Source: an uncultured Actinomycetes bacterium (GTDB lineage: Bacteria > Actinomycetota > Thermoleophilia > Gaiellales > Gaiellaceae). Taken from it: DNA of 64,000 nt. Under the pieces are notes generated by a model. That model had not been told where the DNA came from. It saw only the letters and a list, made by a program, of their open reading frames with translations, and searched no databases. Position 1 is the stretch's first letter. Every line of letters starts with the position of its first letter. This document shows positions 40,200 to 49,084 of the stretch, piece after piece. The translations under genes and the position numbers were made by a program. The stretch is taken from contig CAWFVN010000038.1 in assembly GCA_963819225.1 (NCBI GenBank), forward strand, positions 1,886-65,885, given 5' to 3'.

Positions 40200-41197
40200 G
40201 GGTCGCTCGGACGATCCGCACTACGGCAAGACCGCACGCGGCGTGCTCGCGTACGGCGCCGAGCCGGTCGTCGCGATCCTCGACTCGACACGCGCGGGGG
40301 AGATGTACGACGGCATCCCGATCGTCGGGAGCGTCAACGACTCGCTCTGCTTCAACCCGACGACCGCCCTCGTCGGCGTCGCCACGCAGGGTGGTCGCTT
40401 TCCGCCCGAGTGGCGCGAGCTCCTGAAGAGCTGCATCGCGAAGGGCCTCGACCTCGAGAACGGCCTGCACGAGTTCGTCTCCGACGACGCGGAGCTGTCC
40501 GAGCTCGCCGCGCGACACAACGTCGAGCTCCGCGACCTGCGCAAGGCTCCCGCCGACCTCGACGTCCCGACGGGCGAGAACCTGCAGCTCGACACGTGCA
40601 TCGTGCTGACCGTGGGCTCGGACTGCGCGATCGGGAAGATGACGGTGTCGCTCGAGCTCGACCGCGCCGCGCGCGAGCGCGGCCTCGCGTCGCAGTTCGT
40701 TCCGACCGGTCAGACCGGGATCGCGATCGCGGGGTGGGGGATCGCCGTCGACGCGGTCGTCTCCGACTTCATCGCCGGCGCGACCGAGCGGCTCGTCGTC
40801 GAGGGGTACGGGCGCGGCGGCACCGACGTCCTGTTCGTCGAGGGCCAGGGCTCGATCGTCCATCCGGCGTACTCCGGCGTGACGATGGGCTTGATCCACG
40901 GCAGCGCACCGCACCTCTATGTGTTGTGTCACCTGGCCGGAACGAGCGAGATCGAGGGCTACCCCGGTCACCCGCTTCCTTCGCTGCCGGCGTTGGTCGA
41001 GCTCCACGAGCGACTCTCGCTTCCCGCGCGGCCGGCAACGCGTCGCCTGTGTCGCCGTGAACACGCGCTTTCTCGGCGAAGCCGAGGCGCACGCGGCGAT
41101 CGAGGCGGCTGCCGCGGAAACGGGCCTTCCCGCGGACGATCCCGTCCGGTTCGGGCCCGAAAAGCTGCTCGAGGCCGTCGTCCAAAGTCGCCTGTAG
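40168..41197 (+). CDS. DUF1611-family protein (DgcN-like putative N-acetyltransferase) (one apparent frameshift)
   Basis: GTG at 40168, overlapping the epimerase by 32 nt. RYLILAEGRSDDPHYGKTARGVLAY, a P-loop-like VLTVGSDCAIGKMTVSLEL, and VEGQGSIVHPAYSGVT. A shift near 41035 joins to ORF 40919-41197 (VACVAVNTRFLGEAEA...). Confidence 0.75.
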
Positions 41198-41236
41198 ACT
41201 CCCGCGCCTGCCGTCGATAGGACGGATGACGATCTC

Positions 41237-42812
41237 ATGCGAGTTCTTTTCACGTTGATTGCAGCCGCAGGCGCGGCACTGTTGCTCGCCGGAGCAGGCG
41301 GAGCCGACGCCGCGGACGCGCCCGATCCGTCGTCGCCGTCGGTCGTCTTCGGCGCCTCGGACGACCGTGGCAAGTACGACGACGACGGGGGCGAGTGGTT
41401 CTTCTCCGAGCTGCGCCAGTCCGGTCTGAGCGCCAACAAGATGACGGTCAACTGGGACCCGGCCAAGCCGCTCGAGATTCGCGAGAAGCCGTTCTTCGAC
41501 CGCTCGATCCCGTGGGCGACCGCGCAGGGAATCCACCTCTCCTTCGGCATCCACATCGGCAAGGCGCGCGCGATCACGAGCTCGCCGCGGACGATCGACC
41601 AGTTCGTCGAGTGGCTGCAGCTCGTCGCGCGCACGTATCCGCAGGTGACCGAGTTCGTCGTCGGCAACGAGCCGAACCTGACGCGCTTCTGGCAGCCGCA
41701 GTTCGACCGTCGCGGCCGCGGTGCCTCGGGGATCGCGTTCGCGTCGTTCCTCGCGCGCTCGTACGACGCGCTCAAGGAGGTCAACCCGGAGATCACGGTC
41801 GTCGGTGTCGGGCTTTCGCCGCGCGGCAACGACATGCCGCGCGCGAAGAGCAACATCTCGACCTCGCCGGTGAAGTTCATCCGCGATCTCGGGATCGGCT
41901 ACCGGCGACTGCGCCGCGACAAGCCGATCATGGACGTCTTCGGCTTCCATCCGTACCCGGCGCGCGACCGCGACCCGCTCGCGAAGGGCTACCGGTGGCC
42001 GAACGCCGGCGTCGCGAACCTCGACCGGATCAAGCAGGCGCTCTGGGACGCGTTCAACGGGACCGCCCAGCCGATCGTCGCGGAAGAGCCCGCTGTCGTG
42101 CCGCCGCCGCCTCCGCCGCTGCCGGCACCCGAGCCGCTGCCGCCGACGCCGATTCCGATTCCGGTCCCGCCGGTGTCACCCGAGCCGCCGGCGCCGGCGC
42201 CGATTCCGATTCCGATCCCGCCGGTGTCACCGGACGCCTGTGCCGCCGATCCCCGAACCGCCTGCCGCCGTCCGGCGCCCGACGCCGCTGCCGCCGCTGA
42301 CGTTCAAGCTCGACGAGGTCGGCTGGCAGGTCGCGATCCCGAGCGGCTCGCGCAAGGCGTACTTCGGCCGCGAGAGCGTGCGGCCGACGACCGAACGCGC
42401 GCAGGCCAAGATCTACGACTCGCTGGTCCGCTCGGTCGCGTGCGACCCGTCGGTGCGCTCGCTCCTGTTCTTCGGGCTGGTCGACGAGGCCAACCTCGAC
42501 CGCTGGCAGGCAGGCCTCATCCGCGCCGACAAGAGCCGCCGGCCGTCCTGGGCGACCGTTCGCAACGCGCTCGCGGCCGGCTGCCGCTCGAAGCAGGCGT
42601 ACTGGCGGCACACCGAGTCGGTGGTGGGGGCGAAGGTGAAGCGGGCGCCGGGCGTCGTCGTCGTGACCGCCGAGGAGGACGCCGTGGTCAGGCTGGGCGG
42701 CCGGAACTTCAAGCTCCGTGCCTACCGGCCGCTGAGGCTTCGCGCGGTGGGGCGGCCCGTCGTGACGCTCTCGGCCGCGATGAACCCGGCGCGCAAGACC
42801 GTCCTGCGCTAG
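41237..42812 (+). CDS. secreted clan-GH-A-like hydrolase-family protein with an inserted Pro-rich linker (one apparent frameshift); paralog of 5254-6724
   Basis: Signal peptide MRVLFTLIAAAGAALLLAGAGGADA. VVGNEPNLTRFWQPQF, then a Pro-rich repeat PPPPPPLPAPEPLPPTPIPIPVPPVSPEPPAPAPIPIPIPPVSP. A shift near 42235 leads to ORF 42240-42812 (FKLDEVGWQVAIP, LLFFGLVDEANLDRWQAGLIRAD). Confidence 0.6.
42148..42231 (+). repeat. two copies of a 33-nt unit, 51 nt apart, encoding PIPIP.PPVSP
   Basis: GCCGATTCCGATTCCGGTCCCGCCGGTGTCACC (42148-42180) and GCCGATTCCGATTCCGATCCCGCCGGTGTCACC (42199-42231) differ at one position. Confidence 0.85.
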
Positions 42813-42815
42813 CCC

Positions 42816-42859
42816 TTGACACACGAACAGGTGTTCGCTACGCTCCGAACACATGTTCG
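42816..42859 (+). promoter_or_regulatory. promoter with two LexA (Cheo/SOS) boxes overlapping the -10 region and the start codon of the LysM gene
   Basis: TTGACA (42816-42821), a 17-nt spacer, then TACGCT (42839-42844). Box 1 is CGAACAGGTGTTCG (42824-42837) and box 2 is CGAACACATGTTCG (42846-42859). Both fit GAAC-N4-GTTC. The ATG at 42853 lies only 8 nt after the -10, suggesting a leaderless transcript. Confidence 0.6.
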
Positions 42860-43092
42860 CTCGGATCCTCGTGCTGGTGCTCGTCGTGGCTGTGGCCTGG
42901 GCCGTCGTGGCCCGGGCGTCGACCGCCGCAGGGCCCGACCAGGTCTACACCGTGAAGGCCGGCGACACGCTCTGGTCGATCGCCAGCAGCCGCTACGGGG
43001 GCGACCCGCGCGGCGGGGTCTGGAAGATCGAGCAGCGAAACGGTCTCACGGGTCGACCGCTGGTGGCCGGCGCGCGCATCGTGCTCCCGTAG
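42853..43092 (+). CDS. small membrane-anchored LysM-domain protein (YneA/ChiZ-like candidate SOS cell-division inhibitor)
   Basis: 79 aa intact ORF. N-terminal TM helix MFARILVLVLVVAVAWAVVARA, then LysM YTVKAGDTLWSIASSRYGGDPRGGVWKIEQRNGLTGRPLVAGARIVLP. Confidence 0.75.
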   Translation: MFARILVLVLVVAVAWAVVARASTAAGPDQVYTVKAGDTLWSIASSRYGGDPRGGVWKIEQRNGLTGRPLVAGARIVLP

Positions 43093-43135
43093 AGCCGTAA
43101 CCTCTCACGGAAGTGCGCAGCACCTCCGTGAGCTA

Positions 43136-44141
43136 GTGGATCTCGACATCGTCTTTTTCGGCACGTCCGGCTCGATGCCGACGGCCCACCGCGCGCCGAG
43201 CGCGGTGCTCGTGCGCCGCGGCGGCGAGCGCCTGCTCTTCGACTGCGCCGAGGGGACGCAACGGCAGATGCTCCGCTCGTCCGTCGGGCTCGTCGAGCTC
43301 CGCGAGATCTTCCTGACGCACTTCCACGCCGACCACTTCCTCGGGCTCCCCGGGATGCTGAAGACCTTCGCGCTCCGCGGGCGGGAGCTGCCGATCACGA
43401 TCTACGGGCCTCCCGGCCTCTCCGACCTGTTCGGCGACCTGCGGCGCGTGTTCGGGCGGCTCACCTATCCCTACGAGCTCGTCACGCTGCGGCCCGGCGA
43501 CGTGCTCGCGCGCGACGAGTACCGGATCGAGGCCTTCGCTCCGAACCACGGCCGCAACGCCGTCGGCTACGCGCTGGTCGAAGAGCCTCGGCCCGGGCCG
43601 CTTCGACCCGGACGCCGCCGAGGGGCTCGGGATCCCGATCGGGCCGGAGCGCGGCTCGCTCCAGCGCGGCGAGGCCGTCACGCTTCCCGACGGGCGAGTG
43701 ATCACGCCCGACTCCGTCGTCGGCGAGGCGCGTCCCGGACGCAAGGTCGTGCTCGCGGGCGACACCGCTCCCGCAGCGAGCGTCGTGGAAGCGGCGCACG
43801 GCGCGGACGTCCTCGTCCACGAGGCGACGTTCACGGAGGAGGAGCGAGAACGGGCCGAGGAGACGCTGCACTCCACCGCCGCGCAGGCCGCGGAGGCCGC
43901 GCGCGAGGCCGACGTCGTGCTGCTCGCGCTGACGCACCTCTCGAGCCGGTACTTCGGCCCCGAGATCGCCGAGGAAGCGCGCGCGATCTTCCCGGAGACG
44001 GTCGTGCCGCGCGACTTCGACGTGATCGAGGTTCCGTTCGCCGAGCGAGGCTCGCCGCGGCTCGTCAAGGGAGGCGCGTCGGGGCGGCGCGTAGACTCGG
44101 CACCTCCGGAGCCGGTCACGACCGTCGAGGAGACCAGATGA
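43136..44141 (+). CDS. rnz: ribonuclease Z (one apparent frameshift)
   Basis: GTG at 43136. FFGTSGSMPT, LFDCAEGTQRQM and the metallo-beta-lactamase motif LTHFHADHFLGLPG. A shift near 43595 joins to ORF 43698-44141 (VLVHEATF, LTHLSSRY). Confidence 0.85.
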
Positions 44142-44350
44142 CGAGCATGGTGCAGGTGGCGGTCGCAGGCGACGTCACCGAAGCGGAGGAGATCCAGGCG
44201 ATCCTCACCGAGGCGGGGATCGAGTCCGAGCTCCGGCCGGAGGAAGACGCGGACGCGCTCGCCGTGTTCGTGCCGGAAGGGTCGGTCGACCTCGCGCAGG
44301 ACGCGATCGAGGCGATGACCGAGCCCGATGAGCCCGGCGCCGGGGTCTAG
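44138..44350 (+). CDS. small acidic hypothetical protein (70 aa)
   Basis: ATG at 44138 overlaps the rnz stop (ATGA), in frame with ORF 43136-44350. MTSMVQVAVAGDVTEAEEIQAILTEAGIESELRPEEDADALAVFVPEGSVDLAQDAIEAM. Confidence 0.4.
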   Translation: MTSMVQVAVAGDVTEAEEIQAILTEAGIESELRPEEDADALAVFVPEGSVDLAQDAIEAMTEPDEPGAGV

Positions 44351-45076
44351 CGCCCACTTCGGGCGACTCGCCGAGCGCTACGACGCGGTCCGGCCCGTCG
44401 ACGAGAACTGGTGGGAGGTCTACGAGCTCGTCGAGCGCGCCGCGGACCTGCGCGGCCGCCGCGTCCTCGACATCGGCTGTGGCACGGGTCGGCTGAGCGT
44501 CGCGCTCGTCGAACGGGCGCACGCGAAGGTCTGGGGTGTCGACGCGTCGCAGGAGATGCTCGCGGTCGCGAAGGAAAAGGTGCCGGGCGTCGCGTTCAAG
44601 CGGGCGCAGGCGGAGTCGCTCCCGTTCAAGGACGGCTGGTTCGAGCGCGCCGTGCTCTGGCTGGTGCTCCACCTCGTCGATCGCCCCGCAGCGCTCGCCG
44701 AGGCACGACGCATCCTCGGGCCGGACGGCCGCCTCGCGATCGCGACCTTCCACGAGTCGCACTTCGCCGCGCACTGGCTCAACCGGTACCTGCCGTCGCT
44801 CGAGCGAGTCGACCTCGCGCGCTTCCCGACCGAGGCGCAAGCTCGTCGACCGAGCTGGGCGAGGCCGGCTTCGCAGCCGTCGAGACGCACCGCCTGGACC
44901 AGCGCGCGACGGTCTCGCGTAGCGACGCGCTGGTCCGGATGCGCGAGCGGCACATCTCCACGTTCGACCTGATCGACGAGGACGAGATCGAACGCGGGCT
45001 CGCGGAGGCGGAGCGAACGCTTCCCGAGACCGTCGAGTTCGAGCTGCGCTGGCTCGTCGCGGTCGGCAGCGCATGA
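44328..45076 (+). CDS. class I SAM-dependent methyltransferase (one apparent frameshift)
   Basis: SAM motif I VLDIGCGTGRLS, motif post-I VWGVDASQEML, and LRPDGRL-like ILGPDGRLAIATF. A shift near 44845 joins ORF 44328-44972 to ORF 44411-45076. Confidence 0.75.
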
Positions 45077-46189
45077 TGACCTCGAGCATCACGCTCGGCC
45101 GGATCGCCGGGATCCGCATCGGGATCCACTGGAGCTGGCTCGTCGTCTTCGGCCTGATCACGTGGTCGCTCGCGACCGCGGTGTTCCCGGACCAGAACCC
45201 GGGCCTCGGCGACTCCACCTACATCGTCATGGCCGTCGTCGCGGCGGTGCTGTTCTTCACGTCGCTCCTCCTGCACGAGCTCGGCCACGCGTTCCAGGCG
45301 AGGCGCGAAGGAATGGAGATCGACGGGATCACGCTCTGGCTCTTCGGCGGCGTCGCGCAGTTCCGGGGGATGTTCCCGACGGCGGGCGCGGAGTTCCGGA
45401 TCGCGATCGCAGGACCGCTCGTCTCGCTCGTCCTCGGCGCCGGCTTCGTCGGCATCGCGGTCGCGATCGCCGGCGTGGAGGAGGTCGACGGGATCGCTGC
45501 GTGGCTCGGCTACATCAACCTCGCGCTGCTCGTCTTCAACCTCCTGCCGGCGCTGCCGCTGGACGGCGGGCGGGTGCTTCGGTCGGCCCTCTGGGCCGCG
45601 CGAAGCGACTTCAGCTGGGCGACGCGCGTCGCCGCGGCGATCGGGCGCGCGTTCGGCGCGCTCTTCATCGCGGGTGGGCTCGCCCTGTTCTTCTTCGAGA
45701 GCGGAACGAGCGGGCTCTGGCTCGCCTTTCTCGGGTGGTTTCTGTTCGGCGCCGCCTCCGAGGAGGCGCGCTACGCGCACGTGCACCGCGCGTTCTCCGG
45801 CCTCCGCGTGCGCGACCTGATGATCCCTGCACCGACGGCGATCGCTCCCGGGCAGACGATCGGCGAGCTGATGGACGGCGTCGTCTGGACCGACCGACAG
45901 GACGCGTACCCGGTCGTCGACGGCGGGGGCGTGCGGTCGGCCTGCTCCCGTTTCGAGTGATCGCCGACGTCCCGCGCGGCGAGTGGGACGCGCGCACCGT
46001 CGGCGAGCGCATGCTTCCGCTCGCCGTCGTGCCCGTCCTCACGCGGCGACGACTCGCTCGAACAGGCGCTCGCCGCATTGAGCCGCGGGATCGACCGCGG
46101 CCTGGTCGTCGACGACGGGCAGCGTGTCCGGCGTGCTCTCGCTCGCCGACCTCGCGCGCGCGGTCCAGTCGCGCAGTCCCGGCCGCTAA
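45073..46189 (+). CDS. M50-family (site-2 protease-like) zinc metalloprotease with C-terminal CBS pair (at least 2 apparent frameshifts)
   Basis: ATG at 45073 overlaps the upstream stop (ATGA). HELGHAFQAR zinc motif and NLLPALPLDGGRV. CBS-like VRDLMIPAP...AYPVVDGG... and LVVDDGQRVSGVLSLADLARAV appear after shifts near 45935 and 46125. Stop TAA at 46187-46189. Confidence 0.8.
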
Positions 46190-48137
46190 AAGCCCGGGAC
46201 GTACTCGAACCGCGTCGAGCCGACGATGCCGCTCGGCGCGATCGCGAGCGTGCAGACGCCCTCCGGGCCGACGGCGGGAACCGACGGACGCCAGATCTCC
46301 TCGGCGGGCCATCGCCCGCTCCTGCGATCGACTGGCCGTTGTCGAGCCGCACGGTGACCGGGGAGCCCTTCGCGATCAGCGTCAGCTCGAACGTCCCGCC
46401 GCGACAGCCGTAGGCGATCATCGACGCAGGCCCGTAGATGTCGCCGCTGCCCTGCACGCCGACGCGCGCACGTCTGCAGTCGGAGCGGGCTCTCGCTCCG
46501 CCACAGCGTGAGCCCGTGTCTGCCCGAGGCCGACCTGGGTGATCGTCGCGACTGGCTCGCCCGGGAACGTGAACGTCGGCGTTGCGCCGACGACCCACTT
46601 GGGCGAGTCCGCGGCGAGCTCGCCGAGCGGGAACGGCTCGACCCGTTGCTGCGGGATGGGGCCCGGCACGCGCTGCGCGTCCGCGAGCACGTAGACCGTT
46701 GCGGATCTTCCGGTTCCAGAAGACGTACGACCAGACCGCGTTCCAGTGGGCCTCACCGTCGTAGAGGTACGCGACGTCGCCCTGCGCCGCAGCGTCGACC
46801 CACTCCGGGTCGGACTCGCCGAAGAACGCGGTCTCGAGCACCGACGCTTCTCTTCGCGACGTACCGCGACACGGAGATCGACATCACGACGAAGAGCAGC
46901 GCGAGCGCGACCGGAATCGCGACGAGCAAGCCGTTGCGGCAGCAGCGCGAACGCGAGCACGGCGACGGCCGTGAACGACCAGACGACGACGTCGTAGCTC
47001 CCGAGCTGCCAGACGGGGATCGAGCGTGAACGCGTCGGGGAGCGCCGCCTCGTGCACGAGGCGGCCGAGCGGGAGCGCGAGCACGAGCGCGGCCGCCGCG
47101 AACGCGACGACGTACGAGGAGGCGCGCCGCCTCGGTGCGCCGCGGTCGAGCCAGAGACAGAGGCCGAGGAAGAACAGCGGCGCAAGCCCGAGCAGGTCGC
47201 GCTCCGCGAGCCGTCCGACGTAGCGCGACGCGAAGAGCCCGACCTCGCCGACGAAGCCGGCGGCGAACGCGAGCGTCACCGCCAGGTACGCGCGAACCTC
47301 GGGCGAGTCCGGGCGTGCGAGCGCCAGCGCGGCGACGGCGCAGGCCGGCACGACGCCGACGAGCAGCAGGAGGTCGGCAGCGTGGTACACGCCGAAGCGC
47401 AGCGCATCGCCGACGGCGTACTCGGCGTTTCCCGCAGGCTCGTACGCGCCGAACCCGATCGCCACGACGCCGACGCCGACCACGGCGAGCGCGGCGAGCG
47501 CCGGCCACAGGCGCGCGAACGGCGTCATCGTCCGGCCCGCCGCGGCGTAGATCGCCACCGCGAGCACGATGGCCGGCACGAGCACGACGCCCTGGAGCCT
47601 CGTCAGGACCGCGAGCACGACGACGCCGACGAGCAGTGCCTGCGACCGCGGCGTCGGCTCGGTGAGCGCGCGCGCCGCGAGCCACGCCGCCAGCGCGACC
47701 AGGGGGTAGAAGACCGTCTCGCTCATCAGCAGCCCCGAGTAGGCGAGCCCCGGCAGGCAGAGCGTGAGCGCGGCGGCGGCGAGCGCCCAACGCTCCGACA
47801 TGAGCCGGCGGCCCCAGGCGAAGACGGGCACCGCCGCGAGCGACATCACGAACGCCTGGAGGACGCGGGCGACGTCGTAGCCGACCGCCGTGTCGAAGAG
47901 CGCGAGCGGCAGCCCGATCAGCGCGGGGTGGATGAGGCTGTAGAACGCCGCGTCCTGCCCGAGGATGTCGAGCCGGCCGGACTCCCAGAGGCTTCGGCCG
48001 AGCTCCGCGTAGATCATCTCGTCGGCGGCGATCCACGGCGTGGGGACGCGCAGGCCCGCGACCGCGCGCACGATCGTCGAGACCGCGACCAGCGCGGCCA
48101 GGACGCCCCAGGCCGGAACCCGCCTCACGGCCGCCAT
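46186..48137 (-). CDS. GT-C-fold (ArnT/PMT-like) integral-membrane glycosyltransferase-family protein with a C-terminal soluble beta-rich domain (at least 3 apparent frameshifts)
   Basis: ATG at 48135-48137. The first-loop motif AADEMIYAELGRSLWESG is a DE..Y motif typical of GT-C enzymes. There are more than 10 TM helices. The C-terminus is stitched from ORFs 46884-48137, 46418-47185, 45771-46841 and an unlisted frame ending ...GIVGSTRFEYVPGF, with stop 46186-46188. Confidence 0.55.
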
Positions 48138-48453
48138 GATGCGTGGTCCGGCGACCGCGGGCGCGGGTTGCCGCCGAACCCTCCTAGGCGGCCCGGCGCT
48201 CTCTCGGGGAGAGCTTGAGCGTCAGCCAGCGTGTCGGCTTCTTCTTCGCCGGCCGGACGCTCTGGACGTGGCGCTGCTCGGGCACCCGGCGGTGCGGCTC
48301 CGACAGATCGAATCCCCAGCGCGCCACAGTGAACGTTCAGACGATTTCGCGCGGCGGCGGTTGGCACCGAAAGGGGGATCTTTCGTTCACGTGACGTTCA
48401 GCGCCGTCCGTCCGGCGCTTTGGATAGGTTCACGCGGACACCGACCCCTTTAA

Positions 48454-48479
48454 CCCGGTCCAGCGAGGCCGGAAAGGAG
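48454..48479 (+). promoter_or_regulatory. PyrR-binding-loop-like RNA hairpin abutting the pyrR Shine-Dalgarno sequence
   Basis: CCGG-UCCAGCGAGG-CCGG (48455-48472). UCCAGCGAGGC differs at one base from the PyrR binding-loop core UCCAGAGAGGC. The 3' arm runs into GGAAAGGAG (48471-48479), and the GTG is at 48488. Confidence 0.5.
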
Positions 48480-48487
48480 TTGCGAGA

Positions 48488-49084
48488 GTGGCCGCTGCAC
48501 GCGTCTCGACCGAGAAGGTACTGCTCGACGCCGACGCGATCTCGCGCACGCTCACCCGCATCGCGCACGAGCTGATCGAGGCGAACCCGGAGCTCGACCG
48601 GCTCGCGCTCGTCGGGATCCACACGCGCGGCGTCCCGCTCGCGCAGCGCCTGCGCCGCCTGATCGCCGAGCGCACGGACGAAGAGGTGGAGCTCGGGTCG
48701 CTCGACATCACCTTCTACCGCGACGACGTCCAGGTGCGAGGCGGCGAGGCGCCGATGCACTCGCAGCCGCTCGTGCGCGCGACGACGCTCGACTTCCCGC
48801 TCGAGGGGATGACGTGCGTGCTCGTCGACGACGTCCTCTACACGGGCCGCACGATCCGCGCGGCGATCGAGGCGCTCTTCGACTACGGCCGCCCCGAGCG
48901 CGTCCAGCTCGCCTGCCTCGTCGACCGCGGCCATCGCGAGCTTCCGATCCGCCCCGACTACGTCGGCAAGAACCTTCCGACCTCGCGCGGCGAGCGCATC
49001 CAGGTGCAGCTCCTCGAGGTGGACGAGGTCGACCGCGTCCTGCTGGTACCCACGCCGGAAGAAGAGGAGGAGCCCCTTGGCTGA
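48488..49084 (+). CDS. pyrR: bifunctional pyrimidine operon regulator / uracil phosphoribosyltransferase PyrR
   Basis: 198 aa intact ORF. LLDADAISRTLTRIAHELIE, and the PRPP-binding motif VLVDDVLYTGRTIRAA. Confidence 0.9.
   Translation: MAAARVSTEKVLLDADAISRTLTRIAHELIEANPELDRLALVGIHTRGVPLAQRLRRLIAERTDEEVELGSLDITFYRDDVQVRGGEAPMHSQPLVRATTLDFPLEGMTCVLVDDVLYTGRTIRAAIEALFDYGRPERVQLACLVDRGHRELPIRPDYVGKNLPTSRGERIQVQLLEVDEVDRVLLVPTPEEEEEPLG

Noticed and set aside
42100-42240. A possible CRISPR-like or other interspaced repeat array.
   Set aside because: There are only two copies, both inside a coding region and encoding a Pro-rich linker. No cas genes and no regular repeat-spacer arrays occur anywhere in the window.
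48329-48401. Interpreting the GAAC/GTTC-containing palindromes upstream of pyrR as additional SOS boxes.
   Set aside because: The half-site spacing is N0 or inverted, not GAAC-N4-GTTC. They are kept only as an unassigned operator candidate.
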